64,000 nt of DNA, taken from NCBI GenBank assembly GCA_039796795.1, contig JBDKJA010000001.1, forward strand, positions 3,711 through 67,710, read 5' to 3'. The stretch is from Pseudomonadota bacterium (GTDB lineage Bacteria > Pseudomonadota > Gammaproteobacteria > Steroidobacterales > Steroidobacteraceae). Below the pieces are notes generated by a model. It was not told the origin of the DNA, ran no database searches, and saw only the letters and a list, made by a program, of their open reading frames with translations. Below are positions 16,994 through 26,888 of this stretch, one piece after another (within the stretch, counting starts at the first letter, position 1; the number at the start of each line of letters is the position of its first letter). Both the position numbers and the translations under genes were made by a program.

Positions 16994-18325
16994 ATGAAAT
17001 ACATCGCGACTCGTTCTCTCCGGGTTTTGGGTTTCGCCGTAGCATCGCTGTTGCCGCTCTCGACACTGTCGGCAGCGGAGTCGATCAACACGAAGGTCGA
17101 TGCTGCGCTTGAGTCATTGCAGCCGAAGATCATCGAGTGGCGTCGCGATTTGCATCAAAACCCCGAATTGTCCAATCGAGAGTTCCGCACCTCGAAAATC
17201 GTCGCTGAGCATCTGCGTTCACTCGGCCTCAAAGTCGAAACCGGTGTCGCAGTGACGGGTGTCGTTGCCGTACTAGAAGGCGGCAAGCCGGGACCGGTCA
17301 TCGCTCTGCGAGCGGATATGGATGCTCTGCCCGTAACAGAGCAGAACGATCTTCCGTTCCGCTCAAAAGTCACCGCGACTTATCGAAACGAAACGGTCGG
17401 CGTCATGCATGCCTGTGGTCACGATGTACACACGTCGGTATTGATGGGCGTTGCACAAGCCTTGGTGTCGGTGAAGGACGAACTGCCCGGCAAAGTCGTC
17501 TTTCTCTTCCAGCCTGCCGAAGAAGGCGCACCCGTTGGCGAAGAAGGTGGCGCGAGTCTGATGGTCAAAGAAGGCGTGCTAGATCGTTATAAGCCCGAGG
17601 CGGTGTTCGGTTTGCATGTGTTTGCGAATATGCGCACCGGCATGATCGGCTATCGCGGCGGCCCGTTGATGGCGGCTTCAGACTCCTACCGAATTGTCGT
17701 CAAAGGACGTCAGACGCATGGTGCACGGCCGTGGGGTGGTGTCGATCCGATCGTCGTCTCATCTCAATTGGTCGGCGCGTTGCAAACTATTGTTTCGCGA
17801 CAGACGGATATCACCGCAAATCCAGCCATCGTGACGGTGGGCGCCATCAAGGGCGGTATCCGTCATAACATCATTCCGGACGAAGTCGAGATGGTCGGCA
17901 CGATTCGTACCTTTGACGCCTTGCAGCGCGCGGATATCCTCAAGAGCATGCAGCGCATGGTCGAGAATATCGCCGAGGCGAGTGGCACCACGGCCACGCT
18001 CGAGATCGATCCGGGCAGTAATCCGGTGGTCAATAACGATCCGGATCTCACTCGAAAAGTGATTCCGACTTTACAGCGTGTTGCCGGTGAGGCAAACGTG
18101 CGCACCGTGCCGCTCGTGACGGGCGCCGAAGACTTTGCGTTCTTCGCGCAAAAAGTGCCGAGCTTCTTTTTCTTTGTCGGTGTGACGCCGTCTGACAAGG
18201 TTCTGACGGCCGCTTCGAATCACTCGCCGTTATTCCTGGTGGATGAAGCGGCGATACCGACGGCGGCGCGCGCGATCGCCAACGTCGCCGTCGATTATTT
18301 GGCCGCTGGCGCCCCTAGACCTTGA
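16994..18325 (+). CDS. M20D-family amidohydrolase (N-acyl-amino acid amidohydrolase/hippurate hydrolase-like) with signal peptide
   Basis: MHACGHDVH metal-binding motif, ...FLFQPAEEG... and a signal-like N-terminus ...LLPLSTLSAAES. SD GGGAGG lies 9 nt upstream. Confidence 0.9.
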   Translation: MKYIATRSLRVLGFAVASLLPLSTLSAAESINTKVDAALESLQPKIIEWRRDLHQNPELSNREFRTSKIVAEHLRSLGLKVETGVAVTGVVAVLEGGKPGPVIALRADMDALPVTEQNDLPFRSKVTATYRNETVGVMHACGHDVHTSVLMGVAQALVSVKDELPGKVVFLFQPAEEGAPVGEEGGASLMVKEGVLDRYKPEAVFGLHVFANMRTGMIGYRGGPLMAASDSYRIVVKGRQTHGARPWGGVDPIVVSSQLVGALQTIVSRQTDITANPAIVTVGAIKGGIRHNIIPDEVEMVGTIRTFDALQRADILKSMQRMVENIAEASGTTATLEIDPGSNPVVNNDPDLTRKVIPTLQRVAGEANVRTVPLVTGAEDFAFFAQKVPSFFFFVGVTPSDKVLTAASNHSPLFLVDEAAIPTAARAIANVAVDYLAAGAPRP

Positions 18326-20492
18326 GCGATTTGCTGATCGGTAAGCGTCGGATTCTTTGACCGGTAGCGGCAAAGATGGCGTTGCAGACAGCCGGTGCAA
18401 TCGGGGGTGTTCCTGGTTCGCCGATGCCGCCGATCGGTCCGCCGCTGTTGACGATATGCACGTCGATAGCCGGTGAGTCCACCAAACGAAGTACGCGATA
18501 GCGGTCGAAATTACCTTCGACCACGCGACCGCCTTCGATGTTGATTTCACCGTCGAGTGCTGCGGAGAGCCCGTAGAGAATACCGCTTTCCATTTGTGCA
18601 ACGACCTGGCTCGGGTTGACGGCGAGTCCGCAGTCGACCGCGCAGGTCACGCGATGAACTCGAACTTTGCCCTCGGACACCGACACCTCGGCGACTTGGG
18701 CCACGATACTGCCGAAGCTCTCTTGCAGCGCGATACCGTGGAAGTGACCCGCAGGCAAGGCTTGGCCCCAGTTCGCCTCGGTGGCGGCCCGCTCCAGCAC
18801 GGCCAAATGACGCGGCTTTTCTTTGAGCAGTTCACGACGATATTCGTAGACGTCTTTGCCGCCGAGTACCGCGAGTTCGTCTATGACGCTATTGGTCACA
18901 AAGCCAGTGATCGAATGGCCTACTGACCGCCACCATAGAATAGGGACTGCTTCGCGCGTGTTGTGTACTTCGACACGCAGATTCGGGATGGCATAAGGCA
19001 TATCGGCCGAGCCTTCGATCGTCGAAGGATCGAGACCTTCTTTGCTCACCGCCATTTTGCCCATGGCCGTGTTGGCAAGCACGGGCTTACTGACGGTGGT
19101 GTGATGAATCGCGAGCGGCATGCCATCGGCGCCAATCGCTGCCTTGACGCGATTGAAGCTCAGCGGTCGGTAGTAACCACCACGCATATCGTCTTCGCGC
19201 GTCCACACCACTTTGACCGGTTTGCCGACAGCCTGCGCGACGAGAGCTGCCTCCACGGCGAAATCCGACACGGCGCTGGCCCGACGACCGAATCCACCGC
19301 CCAAGAACATGGTGTGGATACGCACTTTCGAGGGCTCGATACCCAAGGCCTCGGCGACGAAGCGGGCATCCTGTGATTGCGACTGAGTACCAAGCCAGAG
19401 CTCGCAGCCGTCTGCGGTCACTTCAGCCACGGCGTTCAGCGGCTCCATACAAGCGTGCGCGAGGTAGGGGAGTTCGTATTCGACGTCGATCGTACGCGCC
19501 GCCGAACGGAAGGCCGCGTTGACGTCACCGACATTCTTACCGACCAAGCCGGGACGTTTGGCGAGTGTGCGCCATTCATCGCGCAGACCATCGCTTGAGA
19601 GCGCATCGTTGGCGCTCGTGTCCCAATCGAGTACGAGGGCCTCACGACCACGCAATGCTGCATAGGTGTGTTGTGCGATGACGGCGACACCGCTCGGTAC
19701 GGCTTTAACTTCAACAACGCCGCTGATGGCTTTAGCTGCCGTTGCATCGAAACCGCGCAAGCTCGCACCGAAGGCCGGTGGTCTTGCGATGACGGCCGTC
19801 AGCATGCCGGGCCGCACGACGTCGATACCGAAAGTCGCCTTGCCGGTCACTTTGATTGGACTATCGAGTCGGCGCTGAGGCTTACCGATATATTTGAACG
19901 TGGACGGATCTTTGAGAGTGACGCTAGTCGGGTCAGGCAGCGGCAGCCGATTGGCAGCCTCTACCAATGAACCATAACGCAAGCGACGACCCCGAGAGTC
20001 ACGTACCACGCCGTTGTCGGTCGTGAGTGTGATGACATCGACGTTCCACTGCTGTGCCGCTGCGGTGAGCAGCGCGCTACGCGCTTGAGCACCGACACGT
20101 CGCAACGCATCGTAGGTCGTCATCACGCTCATGCTGCCGCCGGTGAACTGTGCAGGCAGGAAAGGATGATTGAATGCCGGATCGACACCCGCGATCTCGA
20201 CCTGTACACGAGTCGGATCGACATCGAGCTCTTCGGCGAGAATCATGGGCAGGCTGCCGTACACGCCTTGACCCATTTCGCTTTTGCCGATGATGACGGT
20301 GATGGTGTCATCCGAGCCGATCCGTACGAAAGCATGCGGCTGGAAATCGACAGGTGGGCGATTGGCCTCGGCAGCGCCGACCAGCCAGGGTCGCAGCGCC
20401 ATGCCAGCCGCCGTTCCGCCGGCTACGACACCGATACCGATCAAAAATTGGCGCCGACCGTTGTCGGCCGTGCCTTTACCTTCCGAGCTCAT
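18315..20492 (-). CDS. molybdopterin-binding oxidoreductase large subunit (IorB/aldehyde oxidase family), Tat-exported
   Basis: The start is set at [26 protein letters not shown] (twin-arginine motif), immediately after the small-subunit stop. About 725 aa with xanthine dehydrogenase-type domains. Confidence 0.9.
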   Translation of the reverse strand: MSSEGKGTADNGRRQFLIGIGVVAGGTAAGMALRPWLVGAAEANRPPVDFQPHAFVRIGSDDTITVIIGKSEMGQGVYGSLPMILAEELDVDPTRVQVEIAGVDPAFNHPFLPAQFTGGSMSVMTTYDALRRVGAQARSALLTAAAQQWNVDVITLTTDNGVVRDSRGRRLRYGSLVEAANRLPLPDPTSVTLKDPSTFKYIGKPQRRLDSPIKVTGKATFGIDVVRPGMLTAVIARPPAFGASLRGFDATAAKAISGVVEVKAVPSGVAVIAQHTYAALRGREALVLDWDTSANDALSSDGLRDEWRTLAKRPGLVGKNVGDVNAAFRSAARTIDVEYELPYLAHACMEPLNAVAEVTADGCELWLGTQSQSQDARFVAEALGIEPSKVRIHTMFLGGGFGRRASAVSDFAVEAALVAQAVGKPVKVVWTREDDMRGGYYRPLSFNRVKAAIGADGMPLAIHHTTVSKPVLANTAMGKMAVSKEGLDPSTIEGSADMPYAIPNLRVEVHNTREAVPILWWRSVGHSITGFVTNSVIDELAVLGGKDVYEYRRELLKEKPRHLAVLERAATEANWGQALPAGHFHGIALQESFGSIVAQVAEVSVSEGKVRVHRVTCAVDCGLAVNPSQVVAQMESGILYGLSAALDGEINIEGGRVVEGNFDRYRVLRLVDSPAIDVHIVNSGGPIGGIGEPGTPPIAPAVCNAIFAATGQRIRRLPISKSLKV

Positions 20493-20962
20493 GCCGACTT
20501 GCCGCCTCGCTTGATCTCGGCCGCGCGTTTGATGGCAGCGCGGATTCGCGGATACGTGCCGCAACGGCAGATGTTGCCGTTCATCGCAGCGTCGATATCC
20601 GCATCATTCGGATTGGTGTTGGTTTCGAGCAGCGCAACCGCCGACATGATCTGGCCGGACTGGCAGTAGCCACATTGCACAACGTCGAGTTCGATCCACG
20701 CCTGCTGAACCGGGTGCAATTTCTCACCCTCGGCGATGCCCTCGATGGTCGTGATCCGACCACCCACGGCTGCCGAGACCGGGATCGAGCAGGAGCGAAT
20801 GGGCTGGCCATCGAGATGGACGGTGCAGGCGCCGCATTGTGCGATGCCGCAGCCGTACTTCGTGCCAGTGAGTTGCAGGATGTCGCGCAGTGCCCACAAA
20901 AGGGGCATATCCGCGTCAGCTTCGACTTCGCGTTGGACGCCGTTGATATTCAAACTGATCAC
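20489..20962 (-). CDS. (2Fe-2S)-binding small subunit of the molybdo-oxidoreductase (IorA-like)
   Basis: GTG 20962 ([10 protein letters not shown]) is preceded by GGAGAG. Cys clusters are [11 protein letters not shown] and [10 protein letters not shown]...CRCGTY. Confidence 0.9.
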   Translation of the reverse strand: MISLNINGVQREVEADADMPLLWALRDILQLTGTKYGCGIAQCGACTVHLDGQPIRSCSIPVSAAVGGRITTIEGIAEGEKLHPVQQAWIELDVVQCGYCQSGQIMSAVALLETNTNPNDADIDAAMNGNICRCGTYPRIRAAIKRAAEIKRGGKSA

Positions 20963-21062
20963 GAGTGCTCTCCGGTTCACATCTGCTCGGGTGAAGCACC
21001 ACAATATACCCAAACACGCCGCCGATCGGGTGTCGGCGCAAAGGCTTCGGGAGAGCTTGGCC

Positions 21063-22475
21063 ATGGAGATCGAGTTTTACGGCGCCGCTGGCGAAGTGAC
21101 CGGCTCCTGTCACGTTTTGCGGCACGGGGGCGAATCGGTTCTCATCGATTGCGGCATGGTTCAAGGTGGCCGAGCGACGGCGACGCGTAACCGCGAGGAC
21201 TTCCCGTTCAAGCCGCAGTCCCTGGCAGCCGTGTTCCTGACACACGCCCATATCGATCACAGCGGGCGTTTACCGTTACTGGTCAAGCGCGGTTTTCGTG
21301 GCCCGATCTACACCAATGCCGCTTGTCGTGATCTGCTGCCGATTCTGTTGCACGACAGCGCCGATCTTGCGCTGCGTGAAGTCGAGCGCATCAACCGGCA
21401 TCGCGAGCCAGGTGAGCCTGAAGCGCACCCTCTATTTGATGTCGATGACGTCGAGCAATGTCTCAAGCTAATTCGGGTCATTCGCTATGACACCGAATAC
21501 GCGCCCTTTCCCGGCATGTCCGTACGTCTGCGTGAAGCAGGGCATATACTGGGGTCGGCGAGTATCGAATTTGAGTTACGAGAACTCGACGTGGTCCGGC
21601 GGATCGTCTTCAGTGGCGATCTCGGTCAATACGATTCGCCGATTTTGCAGGATCCGTATGGATTCAAGTCGGCCGACCTTATCGTGATGGAGAGCACTTA
21701 CGGTGATCGCGATCACCGCGATCGAGCGGCAACACTCGTCGAGCTCGGCGAAATCATTGAGCAAGCCGATCGGGATCGCGGAAATATCATCATTCCCGCG
21801 TTTGCAGTGGGTCGTAGCCAAGAGTTGTTGTATCTACTCGGTCAGCACGCCGCGCAATGGAATCTGCACCGCTGGCAGATCTTTCTCGATAGCCCGATGG
21901 CGATCAAGGCGAGCGAGATCTACTGGCGTCATCCTGAGAGATATGATGAGGAGGCCGTTCGTTTGCGGGGCAGCTTTGCGTCGATGCCGAACTTGCCAAA
22001 TCTAGTCCTGACGCGGACTGCCGACGAATCACGACTAATCAACGCGCGACGTTCACATGCGTTGATCATCGCAGGCAGCGGTATGTGCAACGGCGGACGC
22101 GTGCTGCACCACCTCGCGCACAACCTGCCGCGCGCCGAATGTCACGTCATTTTCACCGGCTATCAGGCGCCCGGCACTCTCGGTAGAGTCTTGGTGGATC
22201 GCGCACCTAAGGCCACCATTCATGGGGCTTCGGTGCCGGTTCGGGCGACCGTGCATACCGTCGGTGGTTTGTCCGCTCACGGTGGGCAGCGAGATTTATT
22301 GCGCTGGTATGACAGCTTCGGTGGGCATCCCCCGGTCTGTCTGGTTCACGGCGAACCCGAACCCGCACGATTATTGCAATCGGCGCTGCAGCGCCGCGGC
22401 GCTCATATCTCTATCCCCCGTCGAGGGGATATCATCGACTTGGTCTCGATGCGATTGGGGAGAGTCGATCGATGA
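21063..22475 (+). CDS. MBL-fold metallo-hydrolase of the beta-CASP (RNA-metabolising) type
   Basis: ATG 21063 gives [19 protein letters not shown]. The HxHxDH motif is [10 protein letters not shown] and the C-terminal motif is CLVHGEPE. The longer listed ORF (20736) is an upstream extension into the opposite-strand gene. Confidence 0.85.
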   Translation: MEIEFYGAAGEVTGSCHVLRHGGESVLIDCGMVQGGRATATRNREDFPFKPQSLAAVFLTHAHIDHSGRLPLLVKRGFRGPIYTNAACRDLLPILLHDSADLALREVERINRHREPGEPEAHPLFDVDDVEQCLKLIRVIRYDTEYAPFPGMSVRLREAGHILGSASIEFELRELDVVRRIVFSGDLGQYDSPILQDPYGFKSADLIVMESTYGDRDHRDRAATLVELGEIIEQADRDRGNIIIPAFAVGRSQELLYLLGQHAAQWNLHRWQIFLDSPMAIKASEIYWRHPERYDEEAVRLRGSFASMPNLPNLVLTRTADESRLINARRSHALIIAGSGMCNGGRVLHHLAHNLPRAECHVIFTGYQAPGTLGRVLVDRAPKATIHGASVPVRATVHTVGGLSAHGGQRDLLRWYDSFGGHPPVCLVHGEPEPARLLQSALQRRGAHISIPRRGDIIDLVSMRLGRVDR

Positions 22476-23254
22476 ACTTCGGATTACGCCGACTCGCCGT
22501 GGCGATCTCGCTTTATGCGCTGTCATTTACCGCCATTGGTTTCGCCGCCGAGCCAACGGGTGCGCTTGCTCGAACCGTGCTCGTCGTCGGTGCGACCGGC
22601 AGAACAGGTCGCGCGGCCGTCGAGCAATCACTTGCCGCGGGCTATCAGGTACGCGCACTCGTCCGTGACGAAGCGCGCGCTCGTGCGGCGCTCGGCGATA
22701 CGGCGACCTTCATTGTGGGTGATGTGCGCACCGGTGAAGGGATTTCAAAAGCGGTCGATGGTGTCGACTTCATCATTTCGGCGTTGGGATCTAACGTACG
22801 CAACGATCCATCGAATACTCCCGAGCTTGTCGATTACGGTGGCGTTCGTCGCTTGGCGGAGGCAGCGGCCAAGGCGAAGGTTCGCCATTTTGTCCTCGTT
22901 TCCTCGATGGGTGCGACCCATCGTGATCATCCGCTCAACCGAATGTACTCCAATATTTTGACTTGGAAGCTCAAGGGCGAGGATGCGCTGCGAGCCTCTG
23001 GCGTGCCATACACAATCGTGAGGCCCGGTGGTCTGACTGAGGCGGCAGGGGGCGAGTTTTTGCCGATGATGATGCAAGGTGACGATCTATCACGTCAGGG
23101 ACGCATCGCACGTGCCGATGTCGCAGCGATTGCGGTTGCCGCTCTTAATCGTCCGGAAGCGTTTCAAAAAACGTTTGAGGTCGTCGCGAGCAATGCGACA
23201 GGCGCGCCGAATTGGGCACTCCTCTTCGGAGGTCTGAAAGTCGATGAAAAATGA
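22472..23254 (+). CDS. NAD(P)H-binding SDR/NmrA-like protein with a hydrophobic N-terminal signal or anchor
   Basis: Rossmann motif VLVVGATGRTGRA. It overlaps the upstream gene by 4 nt (ATGA). Confidence 0.8.
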   Translation: MNFGLRRLAVAISLYALSFTAIGFAAEPTGALARTVLVVGATGRTGRAAVEQSLAAGYQVRALVRDEARARAALGDTATFIVGDVRTGEGISKAVDGVDFIISALGSNVRNDPSNTPELVDYGGVRRLAEAAAKAKVRHFVLVSSMGATHRDHPLNRMYSNILTWKLKGEDALRASGVPYTIVRPGGLTEAAGGEFLPMMMQGDDLSRQGRIARADVAAIAVAALNRPEAFQKTFEVVASNATGAPNWALLFGGLKVDEK

Positions 23255-24548
23255 GACAGCCCTTCAGCGACAGTTGGCGCGCTTCGCAAAAGTAGAGCCG
23301 CGCGAAACGGCCGCTGTCGTTGCGGCGTTTTGTTTGTTCTTCTTTGTACTAGGCAGCTATTTTGCCGTAAGGCCGGTGCGCGAGACCGTGGCGACTTTGC
23401 TCGGCCGCGATCGCGTTGCCGATCTTTGGTTTTACACCGCTTTGTTCGCCATTTTGATCGTGCCGCTTTATGGCTGGCTCATCGCGCGCTTTCGCCGCAG
23501 CATTTTACTGCCATGGGTCTACGGCGCGGTTGCCGTCATTCTCGGCATCATTGGTTTCAACATCCAGATGGATGAATCCAATCTGCGAGTTGGAACTTTC
23601 TTCTATGTCTGGATCAGCGTTCTCAATCTCATGCTGGTTTCGGTCTTTTGGAGCTTTCTCCTCGAGATGTTCTCCGCCGAGCAAACCAAGCGCTTGTTCG
23701 GGTTCATCGCGGCCGGCGGAACCTTTGGTGCATTGGTCGGCCCGCTGATTGCTCGAGTGCTCGTTGACTCGATCGGGAATTCTGGGGTGTTGTACATAGG
23801 GTCCGTCGGGTTTCTCGGTGCCATCATTTGTCAGCGCATCTTGATCGGCATTTGGAATCGGGAGCGTAACGAGCGTTTGGCCGCGGCGACGAATAATGCT
23901 GCGATTACACCGGATGAGGGTCTAGGGGGTAATCCATTTGCCGGCGTTTTCATCGTGCTCCGATCTCCCTACCTGTTGGGTATCGCGTCCTTTGTCGTTC
24001 TGTTGTCTGCGGTCAACACCTTTCTATACTTCGAGCAGCTGCGAATCGTCACCGAAACCTTCGAAGACACGACTCGCCGAACCGAAGTATTCGCCACGAT
24101 CGACTTCGTCGTTCAATCTTTGACTATTTTCTCCCAGCTTTTCCTCACGGGCCGCATCGCATCGAAGCTTGGGGTCAGAACGTTACTGACCTTCGTGCCA
24201 TTTTTGATGGTGATTGGATTCATGTTGCTGTCGGTCTTCAATGTATTCGGCATGATTGCGGCGCTACTCGTGCTACGGCGTTGGGGTGAGTACGCCTTTA
24301 TCAGGCCGGGCCGCGAGATGCTTTGGGGTTCGCTCGATACGGAATCTAAATACAAAGCCAAAAGCTTTATCGACGTTCCCGTCTATAGAGCCGCAGATTA
24401 TGTGGGCGCACAAGCTAAAACAGCGCTCGACGCTGTGGGCACCTCACCGACGAGTGCCGCGTTGATCGGTGCGCTATTGGGCGTACTGTGGGTAGGGAAC
24501 GGATGGTTACTCGGTCGTAAGCACGACGATGCATCAGGGGGAAAATAA
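23244..24548 (+). CDS. MFS-type transporter resembling ATP/ADP-translocase (TLC/NTT)-like proteins
   Basis: 434 aa and polytopic. FYVWISVLNLMLVSVFWSFLLEMFSAEQTKRLFGFIAAGGTFGALVGP recalls the TLC-like MFS family. This assignment is from memory of the motif only. Confidence 0.55.
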   Translation: MKNETALQRQLARFAKVEPRETAAVVAAFCLFFFVLGSYFAVRPVRETVATLLGRDRVADLWFYTALFAILIVPLYGWLIARFRRSILLPWVYGAVAVILGIIGFNIQMDESNLRVGTFFYVWISVLNLMLVSVFWSFLLEMFSAEQTKRLFGFIAAGGTFGALVGPLIARVLVDSIGNSGVLYIGSVGFLGAIICQRILIGIWNRERNERLAAATNNAAITPDEGLGGNPFAGVFIVLRSPYLLGIASFVVLLSAVNTFLYFEQLRIVTETFEDTTRRTEVFATIDFVVQSLTIFSQLFLTGRIASKLGVRTLLTFVPFLMVIGFMLLSVFNVFGMIAALLVLRRWGEYAFIRPGREMLWGSLDTESKYKAKSFIDVPVYRAADYVGAQAKTALDAVGTSPTSAALIGALLGVLWVGNGWLLGRKHDDASGGK

Positions 24549-24552
24549 GAAT

Positions 24553-25896
24553 ATGAGCCGCTGGTCAGATTGGTTTCGATTCGACGAACGTGAAGAAGCC
24601 GCGAGCGCCGACAGTCCGAATGCACCACTCAGTGACGATCAACGTCGCGACACGTTGCCATTATTGACGCTAGCTTTTGGCTGGGGATTCTTGATCACGG
24701 GCCTATTAGTGGGCGGTTCGCTTGGCGCTGGGCTGTATTTCCCCGACTTAGTTCGTAATGCCTTGTGGGGCAACACGATCAATTTCATCGTGGGCGCTTT
24801 AGTCGGTTACATGGGTTACAAGACAGCGTGTAACAGCGGACTGCTGTACCGTCTGACTTACGGCAATATCGGCGCGTATCTCCCGGTTTTGTTTCTGGCT
24901 GCTTTGACGATCGGTTGGCAAGGCATCGTAGTGGGTGCCATGGGCTTGACTTGGGCAGGCAGTTTCGAGAGCCCTCTGTTCTATCCGATCGCCATCTTTG
25001 CGGGCTTGCTGTACACCGCAACGACCTATCTAGGAGTCAAAGGGCTCGAGCGCGTTGCAGTGCCATCCACTGTGGTGCTTGCCTTGGTGGGTCTCTATGC
25101 CGGTTGGTTCAACGTCGATCGTGCCGGCGGATGGGATGCATTCTTGGCGCTGTCGGCAAGTGCCTCTGCCACGAATCCTTTGACAGACAATCAGGCTATC
25201 AATCTCGTGATCGGCTCATGGATTGTCGGTGGGGTGGTGATGGCGGAGTACACGCGTTTTGCGCGCAAGGCTTGGGTCGCCATCGCGATTCCCTTCATCG
25301 TTTTGATCGCGACGCAGATATTTCTACAAGTCATCGGTGCGATGGGTGGTATTGTCTCGGGCAGCTTTGACTTCAGCGCTTATCTCAAAACCGCTGGCCC
25401 GGTGATCGCATTCGTTGGGTTGATTGCGATGAGTCTCGCTTTGTGGACCACCGGCGACACCAACCTGTATTTGCCCTCGATTCAAACAGCGAGTGTGTTC
25501 AAGTTGCCGAAGCGCGTGACGATCGTGGTGTGCGGTTTGATCGGTACGATCTTAGGGCTTGGCATCTATCAACATTTCATGGACTGGATCAATCAGATCG
25601 CGAATCTCGTGCCACCGTTGATTGGTCCCGTCATCATCGACTACTACCTCTTCCAAGGTCGACATTACGACACGAGTCGTCTGCCTGATTTGCCGAACTG
25701 GAATCCGCCCGCTGTCGCCGCATTCGCCGCTGGAGTGATCGCGGCGCAGGCGTTCACACCATCGTGGATCGCGTCGGGCCTCTGGGGTTTGCTCGTGTCG
25801 ATGGCTGCTTATGTCGTGATCTTTGGTGCGACCCGCTTGATGGGCTGGAAGTTCGGCTATTCTGCGTTGAAAGCACGCGAGCACAACGAGGGTTGA
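24553..25896 (+). CDS. NCS1-family permease (cytosine/purine/allantoin permease, CodB-like)
   Basis: ATG 24553 (MSRWSDWF) lies 4 nt after the upstream stop. About 447 aa and 12 TM. The N-terminal region is similar in pattern to CodB (...LTLAFGWGFLITGLLVGGSLGAGL...). Confidence 0.75.
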   Translation: MSRWSDWFRFDEREEAASADSPNAPLSDDQRRDTLPLLTLAFGWGFLITGLLVGGSLGAGLYFPDLVRNALWGNTINFIVGALVGYMGYKTACNSGLLYRLTYGNIGAYLPVLFLAALTIGWQGIVVGAMGLTWAGSFESPLFYPIAIFAGLLYTATTYLGVKGLERVAVPSTVVLALVGLYAGWFNVDRAGGWDAFLALSASASATNPLTDNQAINLVIGSWIVGGVVMAEYTRFARKAWVAIAIPFIVLIATQIFLQVIGAMGGIVSGSFDFSAYLKTAGPVIAFVGLIAMSLALWTTGDTNLYLPSIQTASVFKLPKRVTIVVCGLIGTILGLGIYQHFMDWINQIANLVPPLIGPVIIDYYLFQGRHYDTSRLPDLPNWNPPAVAAFAAGVIAAQAFTPSWIASGLWGLLVSMAAYVVIFGATRLMGWKFGYSALKAREHNEG

Positions 25897-25901
25897 TTTG
25901 T

Positions 25902-26858
25902 ATGCGCCGTTTGTTCGGCCTCCCATTATTTGCCATCATTTTCTTTGCGACCGTTAGCCCACTGGGTCATGCCGAATCAGTCAGTAGTGCGCAGCGCCAG
26001 GCTGCCAGTGATTATCTGCTCGCGCTATCCCGTGGCGATGATCAGGCTGTCGCTTATTCGATTCACCCGGCTGAACTTGATCGCTTACGTTTCAGCATCC
26101 TTAAAAAATTAAGGGACGAATCGACTCGCGGCGGTAATGCGATCCGCGAGCGCTTGTTCGGTACTGCCATGCCGCTTGCCGACATAGAGCGACTGACCAG
26201 CGTGAACTTTTTCCGTGCGCTGGCGCGTCGGTGGTCGCCCGTCATGCGCGTTTACGACAGTCTCGAGGGGTTGAGTGCGACGCGCGATGGCGAGCGCGTG
26301 CATGTGTTGGTGAAACTGCGTCCTCCCAAGGACGGTGGGCGCATCGAGACGATCGAAGCCGTGACGTTGATGGCTTACGGGAGAGAGTGGCGCGCCGCGC
26401 TGCCGCCTGCGTTCGAGGCCTTGATCGATGATCTGGTGGCGGGTCGTCAGGCACGAGGGCCAGTGACGCCCGCAGCGCCGATGGCCGACGTCTCGGCGGC
26501 ACCTCGCGCATCGTCGGTCAAGTCTCCGGAGCGTAATCCGCCGGAAGTCGTCAGCATGTTGGAGGCGGCCGAGAAGGTTCTGGTCGAGGGTCGATGTGAT
26601 CGTTATTACAAAGAGTTTCTAACCCCGGAACTTCAGCGCAGCCTCGCTGGTCGTACCTTAGACTCTTTGATCAACAGTTGCCGGCGCAGCATGGCGAGTC
26701 GCGAGCTGCTGATTGCCGCACTGAGGATCGTGAAGCGTTCAGCCGTGATCTTCGAAAATGGCGGTAATCGCGCGGTGTACGATGTCGCAGGTCAGGGTTT
26801 GCCTTTTGATCGCTACGTTCTCGAGCGAGTCGACGGGCGTTGGTACGTCGCTGAGTAA
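25902..26858 (+). CDS. secreted hypothetical protein (two repeated modules, no recognised family)
   Basis: ATG 25902 gives a signal peptide MRRLFGLPLFAIIFFATVSPLGHA|ES. Coding-like GC3 is maintained. A Pro/Ala-rich linker lies between the two halves. Confidence 0.6.
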   Translation: MRRLFGLPLFAIIFFATVSPLGHAESVSSAQRQAASDYLLALSRGDDQAVAYSIHPAELDRLRFSILKKLRDESTRGGNAIRERLFGTAMPLADIERLTSVNFFRALARRWSPVMRVYDSLEGLSATRDGERVHVLVKLRPPKDGGRIETIEAVTLMAYGREWRAALPPAFEALIDDLVAGRQARGPVTPAAPMADVSAAPRASSVKSPERNPPEVVSMLEAAEKVLVEGRCDRYYKEFLTPELQRSLAGRTLDSLINSCRRSMASRELLIAALRIVKRSAVIFENGGNRAVYDVAGQGLPFDRYVLERVDGRWYVAE

Positions 26859-26888
26859 ACTTAGCCAAGCCAGTTGGAGCAGTCAGTC

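Noticed and set aside
20736-21062. Upstream extensions of listed ORFs: 20736 (MBL), 18315-20564 (Mo subunit), 20963-21064 (2Fe-2S), 25764 (secreted protein), 44500/44774 (GntR/ABC), 48186 (MlaE), 58114 (MFS), 53806-53982 (ABC-F), 1921 and 2705 (Anbu operon genes).
   Set aside because: The extensions overlap well-supported neighbouring genes and lack family similarity. Internal starts reproduce the conserved family N-termini and/or have SD sequences or stop-start coupling.
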